Virus record (IMG/VR): IMGVR_UViG_3300031688_001339
Source: a virus
Direction: 5' to 3' (one strand)
Length of the DNA stretch: 64,000 nt
Numbering within the stretch: position 1 is the first letter of the stretch; every line of letters starts with the position of its first letter. A program made the position numbers and the translations under genes. Under the pieces are notes generated by a model. It ran no database searches, was not told the origin of the DNA, and saw only the letters and a program-made list of their open reading frames with translations. This document shows, in pieces, positions 30,426 through 37,755 of the stretch.

Positions 30426-31496
30426 ATGAAAGCATACTTTGACTTGAATAAGTCGTTAAAGGAATGTCCACCTAGTGTGATATATAAAGACACAAAAGGT
30501 TATACATTTAAAAAGAGAATTATAACAAAATTAAAAAATATAATTCCTAAATTAGAAAATCAAATAAGAACCCATTTAGTTAAACAATCAAACGCTACAC
30601 CAATTGCTCGTAGTTTTGAGGCTATAGGTTGGTCACACGACAAAGCACCAATAGCCGTATCAGTTAATCCTGATAATGATGAGTATTTTAACCTAGAATG
30701 GGGATTTACCAGAACACAGGCAGCTTCTATGAAAGAATGGGAAACCATTATTGTAGATGTAGTTGAACCAGCAGGCAAACCTGTTGATGTTTTTGTTGAT
30801 AAGTTTTTATCCAATAAGCATTTAGGTGAGGCACATACGCCAAATACAAAAGAGGATATTGTGAATGGTGTTCTTAAAGCTGTTGAGTCTGATATGATTA
30901 AAGATGAAAAATCAGAGGTGAAGAAATGGATTTCAAGGGTTACTCCTGAAATGACTGAAACTGATAGAAGAAATATCTATAAGTCTTATAAAACTCAAAA
31001 ATCATCAAACGGTCCTGTTAGAACTTGGCACCAAGGTACAGGTTTAAACTCTGTTAAAGAATATGCAGAAAAAAACAATATACCTTATTCAGGTGATAAG
31101 AACTTTGAAAAAACAGGTAAGTTGGCTTTTGTAACTCATTATTCAACTTTAAAATCAGTTATTGGTGACTGTAAACAAACTTATATGGAATATGATAAAC
31201 AACATCCGGTAAGTATCATAGGTTACATTGACGAACCTAAAGCTGCACCAGCATTATACTCTCAAAGAGAAGAATGGAATGAAAATGCTCAGAAATATAT
31301 TGATACTGAATGTGAGTGGATTCAACAAATAGCTAAGTTAGCAGGTACTGATATTGATTTAGATAAGATCAAAAAGATTTTACCCATTAAACTAGGTGGT
31401 TTTTTGTGGCAAAATCAGAAACCAGATAATAATAATGGTGGTGAAACTACCGAATCTGGAGTAGTTGGTATTAAAGGACAACATATCAAACTATAA
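30426..31496 (+). CDS. Hypothetical protein (weak ParB-N-like WGFTRxxA)
   Basis: 356-aa ORF with SD AAGGAG. Confidence 0.7.
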   Translation: MKAYFDLNKSLKECPPSVIYKDTKGYTFKKRIITKLKNIIPKLENQIRTHLVKQSNATPIARSFEAIGWSHDKAPIAVSVNPDNDEYFNLEWGFTRTQAASMKEWETIIVDVVEPAGKPVDVFVDKFLSNKHLGEAHTPNTKEDIVNGVLKAVESDMIKDEKSEVKKWISRVTPEMTETDRRNIYKSYKTQKSSNGPVRTWHQGTGLNSVKEYAEKNNIPYSGDKNFEKTGKLAFVTHYSTLKSVIGDCKQTYMEYDKQHPVSIIGYIDEPKAAPALYSQREEWNENAQKYIDTECEWIQQIAKLAGTDIDLDKIKKILPIKLGGFLWQNQKPDNNNGGETTESGVVGIKGQHIKL

Positions 31497-31513
31497 ATAA
31501 ACTAAAAAAAAGT

Positions 31514-31543
31514 GGAAGGGAGCATTGACTTCCTTCCTCTTTT
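31514..31543 (+). terminator. Terminator-like hairpin overlapping the next promoter (TTGACT 31525 -17- TATAAT 31548)
   Basis: GGAAGGGAG/CTTCCTTCC followed by TCTTTT. Confidence 0.6.
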
Positions 31544-31564
31544 ATTATATAATGAAACTATATT

Positions 31565-32116
31565 ATGATTAAGATACCAAAAATAACATTTAAAACTAGA
31601 GTTGGTGACCTGACCGAATCAGGAGAATGTAACTTTGAAAGCGGAAAATGGGTTGATGTAACATCAGCTAATCTCTTTGACAATAAAAGAGTTGTTTTGT
31701 TTAGTTTACCAGGTGCTTTTACACCTACATGTACATCACAACAACTACCTGGTTATGAATCAAGTGCAAAAGTTTTTAAGATTTCTCACAACATAGATGA
31801 AGTTTATTGTGTTTCAGTAAATGATTCGTTTGTGATGAATGCGTGGGCTCATGCTTCAAATATAAAAAACGTTAAGATGATACCAGATGGTAACGGAGAA
31901 CTAACAAAGGCATTAGATATGTTAGTTACCAAAGAAGCCATTGGTTTTGGTTATCGTTCTTGGAGATATGCAGCTATAATAAATGACGGTGAGATAGAGA
32001 AAATGTTTGTAGAACCTGGTAAAGAGATCAACGATTCTTCGGATCCGTATGGTGTTTCTTCTCCAGAAAACGTTTTATCTTACTTACAAGTGAAAGAAAT
32101 TAAGGAGTCAGTTTAA
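31565..32116 (+). CDS. Peroxiredoxin (Prx5/PRX5-like)
   Basis: LPGAFTPTCTSQQLPG, SVNDSFVMNAW, PDGNG, RSWRYA. Confidence 0.93.
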   Translation: MIKIPKITFKTRVGDLTESGECNFESGKWVDVTSANLFDNKRVVLFSLPGAFTPTCTSQQLPGYESSAKVFKISHNIDEVYCVSVNDSFVMNAWAHASNIKNVKMIPDGNGELTKALDMLVTKEAIGFGYRSWRYAAIINDGEIEKMFVEPGKEINDSSDPYGVSSPENVLSYLQVKEIKESV

Positions 32117-32119
32117 GGC

Positions 32120-32148
32120 TTGACTTTTTATTTGATCTGTAATAGGAT
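32120..32148 (+). promoter_or_regulatory. Early promoter TTGACT-17-TAGGAT driving tRNA-Gly and gp45
   Basis: Same promoter family. Confidence 0.7.
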
Positions 32149-32155
32149 CAATAAT

Positions 32156-32229
32156 GCGGATATAGTATAAAAGTATTATGAGAGATTTCCAATCTTTAGA
32201 ACTAGGGGCAGTACCTGGTATCCGCTCCA
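32156..32229 (+). tRNA. tRNA-Gly (TCC), atypical D and T loops
   Basis: Acceptor GCGGATA/TATCCGC, anticodon loop TTTCCAA, T-arm CTAGG-GGCAGTA-CCTGG, encoded CCA; no GG in D-loop. Confidence 0.85.
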
Positions 32230-32249
32230 TTAATAATGAAAAGGAGTGA

Positions 32250-32918
32250 ATGATAATGAATTTATCAACTAATACAATTGCGTTACTAAAAAACTTCAGT
32301 GATATTAACATGAATATTTTAGTAAAGCCAGGAAATAAGTTACAAACTATTTCCAACATGAGAAATATATTAGCAGAAGCTGATATAGAAGAAAAATTTG
32401 ATAGCGAGTTTGCTATCTATGATCTACCATTATTTTTAAGATCACTAGACTTGTTTCAAAGTCCAGAGGTTAAATTTACTGGCAAAGGTTACTGTCTTAT
32501 CGTGGATAAGAAAACTAAAAAAGAAGTTAAGTATTACTTCTCTGATCCATCTACAGTATTTAAACCTAGTAAGATAAACATGCCAGATAATCATGTTACA
32601 TTTACTTTGAAAAAAGATGACTTTGCTGAGTTACAAAAAGGTGTTACTACTTTAAACTTACCAGATGTTGCCGTTATAGGTGATGGTAAAAATATTAAAC
32701 TAGTTGCAACTGATAAGAAAAACAAATCATCTAACGAAGTATCTACAACAATTGGTGAATCAGACATTAAGTTTAATGCTTACTTTAAGTCAGAAAACTT
32801 TAAGATGATACCAGATGATTATGATGTTGCAATATCTAAAGCTAAGATTTCAAGTTTTATTTCTAAAGCAAAACAAGTACAGTATTGGATTGCATTAGAA
32901 CCTGATTCGGAGTTTTAA
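32250..32918 (+). CDS. gp45: Sliding clamp gp45
   Basis: LKNFSDIN, FAIYDL, YWIALEPDS. Confidence 0.93.
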   Translation: MIMNLSTNTIALLKNFSDINMNILVKPGNKLQTISNMRNILAEADIEEKFDSEFAIYDLPLFLRSLDLFQSPEVKFTGKGYCLIVDKKTKKEVKYYFSDPSTVFKPSKINMPDNHVTFTLKKDDFAELQKGVTTLNLPDVAVIGDGKNIKLVATDKKNKSSNEVSTTIGESDIKFNAYFKSENFKMIPDDYDVAISKAKISSFISKAKQVQYWIALEPDSEF

Positions 32919-33284
32919 GTGGACGATCCATTTGTGAACTCTAATCTTCAAGTTGAAGAAGATCAAGATAGTACTGTTGAAAGTATTAAGCTTGAAACTA
33001 GAGAACATCACCAATCTACACATTATATAAACAGAGAAATACCCTTAAAGGATATTATTGAGGAGTTTGGTACTATAACAATCTTTGAAAGAGGATTAGA
33101 ACTAGCAACCAAAATAACTTCTTCCGATGACCTTGACGCTGATATGAAATTATCAGATAGAGTTTCGGATTTTATCCAAGAGTATGACTTTGAAAGATAT
33201 GTTGATGAGTGGACTACTAGAAAAGGTGGTTATGAAGTTGATGAGGAGATCGTTAAAAAGTTTTCTCTAACAAGTGATAGATAA
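32919..33284 (+). CDS. Acidic hypothetical protein
   Basis: ORF fills gap between gp45 and gp44. Confidence 0.55.
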   Translation: MDDPFVNSNLQVEEDQDSTVESIKLETREHHQSTHYINREIPLKDIIEEFGTITIFERGLELATKITSSDDLDADMKLSDRVSDFIQEYDFERYVDEWTTRKGGYEVDEEIVKKFSLTSDR

Positions 33285-33306
33285 TGAATAAATTGGAGTA
33301 TATATT

Positions 33307-34251
33307 ATGGCAGATTTCTTATGGGTGGAACAATACCGTCCAAAGACTATTGAAGATTGTATCTTACCAGAAGATACAAAGAAAACATTTTTAGAATTTT
33401 TAGATAAAAAAGAATTACCTAATATGTTATTAACTGGTACTGCTGGTACCGGTAAGACAACTGTAGCACGTGCATTGTGTGAGCAGTTAAACCTAGATTA
33501 TATCATAATCAATGGTTCAGACGAGGGTCGTCAAATAGATACATTGAGGCATAAGATTAAGAACTTTGCCACTACAGTATCATTCAATACAGAATCAAAA
33601 CACAAAGTTGTTATCATGGATGAGGCAGATTATATGAACGCTGAGTCTGTACAACCTGCATTAAGAGGTTTCATTGAAAGTTTTTATAACAACTGTAGAT
33701 TTATATTCACTTGCAACTATAAGAATAAGATAATACCTGCTTTACATAGTAGATGTACTGTTATTGATTTTAAAGTTACCAATGGTCAAGTAAAGAAAAC
33801 GGCCATGTCTTTTATGAAACGTTTAGAAACTATTCTAAAAGAGCAAGAAGTTGAGTATGATAAGAACATCTTAGCTCAATTAATTGAAAAACACTACCCA
33901 GACTTCAGGAGAACTATTAACGAATTACAAAGGTATTCAGTACGTGGTAAGATTGATAGTGGTATACTATTCAATTTGAAAGAAACGGACTATAAAAACC
34001 TGATGTCCTATCTACATAAAAAAGAATTTGATAATATGCGTAAGTGGGTAATACAGCATTTAGATATGGATGCCACTGATTTATTCAGAGGTGTGTATGA
34101 TCATTTATCAATTAGTTTAGATCCTAAATCGGTACCTCAAGCAATACTTATTATTGCTGGTTACCAATACAAGGCTGCTTTTGTGGCAGACCATGAAATC
34201 AATGTAATTGCTTGTTTGACCGAGATTATGGCAAATTGTAAGTTTAAATAA
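33307..34251 (+). CDS. gp44: Clamp loader ATPase gp44
   Basis: LWVEQYRP, GTGKTT, DEAD, LHSRC, PDFRR. Confidence 0.96.
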   Translation: MADFLWVEQYRPKTIEDCILPEDTKKTFLEFLDKKELPNMLLTGTAGTGKTTVARALCEQLNLDYIIINGSDEGRQIDTLRHKIKNFATTVSFNTESKHKVVIMDEADYMNAESVQPALRGFIESFYNNCRFIFTCNYKNKIIPALHSRCTVIDFKVTNGQVKKTAMSFMKRLETILKEQEVEYDKNILAQLIEKHYPDFRRTINELQRYSVRGKIDSGILFNLKETDYKNLMSYLHKKEFDNMRKWVIQHLDMDATDLFRGVYDHLSISLDPKSVPQAILIIAGYQYKAAFVADHEINVIACLTEIMANCKFK

Positions 34252-34322
34252 GTGAACGTATAAATAAGATAAAAAATGAATTATATCATTTATAATATTA
34301 AAGATAAAGAAAGAAAAGACAA

Positions 34323-34460
34323 GTGGCCAAGAGAACAATATTTAGGACAATTATAGTTAAAATGAGAATGTGGTATGCAGATATACGAGGACATCATGGA
34401 AAACGTTGGGATTATGAACCTGGCGATTGGTATATGGGCAGACATAACAAACGAAAGTAG
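34323..34460 (+). CDS. Small basic hypothetical protein (45 aa, MAKRTIFRTIIVKMRMWYADIRGHHG...)
   Basis: GTG start; downstream of TATAAATA at 34259-34266; below track cutoff. Confidence 0.45.
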   Translation: MAKRTIFRTIIVKMRMWYADIRGHHGKRWDYEPGDWYMGRHNKRK

Positions 34461-34469
34461 AAAGGTTTC

Positions 34470-34545
34470 GCCCTTTTAGCTCAGCTGGTAGAGCAACTGA
34501 TTTGTAATCAGTAGGTCATCTGTTCGACTCGGATAAAGGGCACCA
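34470..34545 (+). tRNA. tRNA-Thr (TGT)
   Basis: GCCCTTT/AAAGGGC acceptor, anticodon loop TTTGTAA, canonical TTCGA T-loop, encoded CCA, 76 nt. Confidence 0.95.
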
Positions 34546-34555
34546 GAATTATATT

Positions 34556-34948
34556 ATGTACGAACTAAAAGATTATCTAAAAGCAATTAACGAGACCAAG
34601 GTCAATTTGTTGAATACAACAGATCAAGCCTGGACTAAAAAATACCCACCATTTATAATAAACAAGTGTTTATCTATGTTTTGGGATACACTTCCACATG
34701 CCAATGAAATGAATGGTTATCACTTCTTGGACAAGGATATACAGTTTCAATTTTTACTAAATAGTGTTAGAACAAAGAAGCGGTTTGGAGGCAAGTGGAT
34801 CAAAAAACAAAAACTGCATGATTTGGAAGTTGTAAAAGAGTATTATGGTTACAGTAATGAAAAAGCGAGAACAGCCTTACAAGTACTTACACCAGAAAAT
34901 ATTATTAAAATTAAAGAAGCCTGTAACAAGGGCGGGAGAACTAAATGA
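34556..34948 (+). CDS. gp62: Clamp loader subunit gp62
   Basis: YPPFIINKCLS, VKEYYGYSNEKA. Confidence 0.9.
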   Translation: MYELKDYLKAINETKVNLLNTTDQAWTKKYPPFIINKCLSMFWDTLPHANEMNGYHFLDKDIQFQFLLNSVRTKKRFGGKWIKKQKLHDLEVVKEYYGYSNEKARTALQVLTPENIIKIKEACNKGGRTK

Positions 34949-35391
34949 ATGAAGAAGTAACTTGGACACAAGAGAGTATGTTAGAGGTAACCTTGAAGCA
35001 ACCAGACGATTTCCTAAAGGTAAGAGAAACATTAACACGAATTGGTGTTGCAAGTAGAAAAGATAAAACTCTTTTCCAATCATGTCATATTTTACATAAG
35101 CAAGGTAAGTATTACATAGTACATTTTAAAGAGTTGTTTGCCCTAGATGGTAAAAAAGCAACCTTAATAAACAATGATATTCAACGTAGAAATACAATAG
35201 CCGTTCTATTACAGGACTGGAATTTAATTGATATTGTTCTAAAAGAGACAGCAGTATCTAACAAAGCACCATTATCACAAATAAAAGTTTTACCGTTTAA
35301 AGAGAAAAAAGAGTGGATATTATCTGCTAAATATAACATAGGTAAAAAAATTGTTAAGGAAAATGGTCAAGATGAAAATACCAAAGTTTAG
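34945..35391 (+). CDS. regA: Translational repressor RegA
   Basis: DDFLKVRETLTRIG, QSCHILHKQG, VHFKELF. Confidence 0.96.
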   Translation: MNEEVTWTQESMLEVTLKQPDDFLKVRETLTRIGVASRKDKTLFQSCHILHKQGKYYIVHFKELFALDGKKATLINNDIQRRNTIAVLLQDWNLIDIVLKETAVSNKAPLSQIKVLPFKEKKEWILSAKYNIGKKIVKENGQDENTKV

Positions 35392-36841
35392 AGACTACAT
35401 AACAGAGCAAGATAATAGTCGTGATGAAGACAATATCACGGTTGCTATTCTTACTATAAACGATTCAGATAAACCTAATAAGGATTCAACTGTTGAACTT
35501 ATAGAAAAAGCATGTAAAAAGAAGAAGATAGAATGTATTATTGTAAATACTAAATCAGCAATTATCACAGACAAAGACGAAGAAAAGAATACCCTTACAG
35601 TTTATAATTACGATGGTAAAGATGGTGAATACACCTTTACAGGTAGAGATACACTTTGTATAACAAGAGCAGGTGCAGTAGAAGACGAAGCTGGTCTTTC
35701 TTTAATATCTGCCTTTCAAAACTCGTCAGCATTTATGGCTAACACAAGAGCTGCGATGTTAACTTGCGATAACAAACTTACGTCTGCTTTACTATTTGAA
35801 AAATTTGGTATACCTACACCTACAACATCTTTTATATCAAACGAAAAGAATATAAAAGCAGGACTAGATAAGGTTGGTGGTAAATTTCCTATAATCTTAA
35901 AGACATTAACTGGTACACAAGGTATCGGTGTAATCAAAATAGAAAGTTATGAGGGTCTAGTTGCAACAGCACAAGCAATGTGGAAACTAGAGTCTGAACT
36001 TTTGATACAAGAATTTATGCCTACGAAGTTTGACGTTAGAACTTTTGTGGTAGATAACAAAGTTATTGCATGTACAAAAAGAGTACATAGTAGTTATGAC
36101 TTTAGATCAAATACACACAGAGGTGCTGAAGCAGAACCTTACATATTAAGTGAAGAAGAATATGAATTGGTTTTAAAAACTGCTAGAGTTTCAAAAGCAT
36201 ATATGGTAGGAGTTGATCACATAGTATTTAATAATAAACCATACATTTTAGAAATCAATGGTAGTCCAGGATCAGGTGCTGATTACGAGGGTTACCAATA
36301 TAAAGATTACTATTCAGTAGGCGAACCATCTGGAAGAATAGATGGTGAAAAAATGATGGAGTTTTTAGTTGATTATATTTCAGAAAGAAAACATTGGGAT
36401 AGACAAGCACTTTTAGAATGTGGTTGGCTTGAGACAGTTGAAATAGAGGGCATTGCTAAAGTTAGAGCTAAACTTGATAGTGGTAACGGATCAAAAGCAT
36501 GTGCTTTACATGCCGATAAAATTTTAGAAAAAGATGGTAAAATTGTAAAATGGAAATATGACGGTAAGATTTTTAGTAAACCTAAACATGGTGTAAGTAA
36601 AATCTTTAGAGCAAATGCTGAGGGTGAAGAACCATCTGAAATTAGACCTACAGTATTATTAGATATTACATTTAATGGTTTCACATATAAAGATATAGAA
36701 GTTGGATTAGATAGTAGACCTAGAGCTGCTTCAGACTTACTAGTTAATAGAGATTTAATGCGATTGATGAATGTCAGTATAAACCCTAATAGAACATTCG
36801 CCTTGAGCAAACGGTTAAAACCGATAGATAAAAAAGATTAG
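35372..36841 (+). CDS. RimK-like ATP-grasp ligase fused to RimB/retropepsin-like protease domain
   Basis: GTQGIGV, IQEF, DVR, FRSNTHRG, GVD, LEINGSPG; C-terminal AKLDSGNG...RP...LDSR...LLVNR. Confidence 0.8.
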   Translation: MKIPKFRDYITEQDNSRDEDNITVAILTINDSDKPNKDSTVELIEKACKKKKIECIIVNTKSAIITDKDEEKNTLTVYNYDGKDGEYTFTGRDTLCITRAGAVEDEAGLSLISAFQNSSAFMANTRAAMLTCDNKLTSALLFEKFGIPTPTTSFISNEKNIKAGLDKVGGKFPIILKTLTGTQGIGVIKIESYEGLVATAQAMWKLESELLIQEFMPTKFDVRTFVVDNKVIACTKRVHSSYDFRSNTHRGAEAEPYILSEEEYELVLKTARVSKAYMVGVDHIVFNNKPYILEINGSPGSGADYEGYQYKDYYSVGEPSGRIDGEKMMEFLVDYISERKHWDRQALLECGWLETVEIEGIAKVRAKLDSGNGSKACALHADKILEKDGKIVKWKYDGKIFSKPKHGVSKIFRANAEGEEPSEIRPTVLLDITFNGFTYKDIEVGLDSRPRAASDLLVNRDLMRLMNVSINPNRTFALSKRLKPIDKKD

Positions 36842-37064
36842 TCGTTGATAAGAAGACAATAACTATGCAGGACCTCGGTGCAATACCGAGCAACTCCACC
36901 ATTAAACCAAAATTTATGGGGTTGAAATAGGATCGACTCGTAGGTAAAACTTCTAGGAGATTAATCGCTAACATCGTACTGTTAATTAAATGCTAACTCA
37001 CAAGGTTTCGCATTAGCGGCTTAGTCCGCTAGGGGTTTGCCTGTACCTCGCAACAGAAACAGGC
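36838..37064 (+). ncRNA. ssrA: Two-piece (circularly permuted) tmRNA; tag ANSQGFALAA at 36992-37024
   Basis: Acceptor piece ends CAACTCC-A-CCA (36901); coding piece starts GGGGTTG (36918) with G3:U pair; T-arm CTCGG/CCGAG; tag ORF ending ALAA-stop; terminal pseudoknot. Outer ends approximate. Confidence 0.92.
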
Positions 37065-37066
37065 GC

Positions 37067-37095
37067 TTGACAAACCGCTAAATATATGATATATT
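37067..37095 (+). promoter_or_regulatory. Sigma70-type promoter TTGACA-17-TATATT
   Basis: Near consensus upstream of the ferredoxin/gp43 operon. Confidence 0.7.
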
Positions 37096-37120
37096 ATAAC
37101 AATAAACAAAAGGAAATATT

Positions 37121-37426
37121 ATGCAAGAAGTGAAAATATTAAGACTATCTACAGGCGAAGATGTAATTGCTAAGGTAGGAGAAAACGACCAAGGGGTAAG
37201 TTTAAAGAACCCATTTGTAATCATACCACAACAAAAAGCACCAGGACAACCAATACAATTAATGATGTCTTTGTACAATGCGTTTGGTAAAAGCAATACT
37301 ATTACAGTAGCTAAAGATAAAATAGTCTTTATAACAGACCCTAAAGACGAAATCTTAAAATCATACGAGAACAATACAAGCACTATCATTGCACCAAAGC
37401 CAGGACTAATCACAGAGAATAAGTGA
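37121..37426 (+). CDS. Conserved T4-like hypothetical protein (possible Sm-like fold)
   Basis: VKILRLSTGEDVIA; typical position upstream of gp43. Confidence 0.65.
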   Translation: MQEVKILRLSTGEDVIAKVGENDQGVSLKNPFVIIPQQKAPGQPIQLMMSLYNAFGKSNTITVAKDKIVFITDPKDEILKSYENNTSTIIAPKPGLITENK

Positions 37427-37755
37427 TAACTGTTAACTTTATCAGGACAAACAACGAAAAAGTCCAAGTTAAAGTACCTGTTGGTTGGACAGTAATGGAG
37501 GCGGCTAAAGAAGCATGTCTAGATGAAATTCCTGCCAGTTGTGGTGGTTGTTGTGCCTGTGGTACATGTCACGTGTACGTAGGCAATGCCTGGATTGCCA
37601 AACTAGGTGAAATAGATTATAATAGTACTGAACAATGTATGTTAGAATACGAAGCTTCATACAAGAAAGGCATAAGCAGATTGAGTTGTCAACTACCATT
37701 AACAGAGGAACTTGACGGCATAACTTTACATTTACTAGATGATGAACTTTTATAA
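37423..37755 (+). CDS. fdx: 2Fe-2S ferredoxin (adrenodoxin/ISC Fdx type)
   Basis: CGGCCACGTCHVYV ... SRLSCQ. Confidence 0.9.
   Translation: MITVNFIRTNNEKVQVKVPVGWTVMEAAKEACLDEIPASCGGCCACGTCHVYVGNAWIAKLGEIDYNSTEQCMLEYEASYKKGISRLSCQLPLTEELDGITLHLLDDELL

Noticed and set aside
36786-36974. 62-aa minus-strand ORF
   Set aside because: It is the reverse complement of the tmRNA gene and the RimK 3' end.
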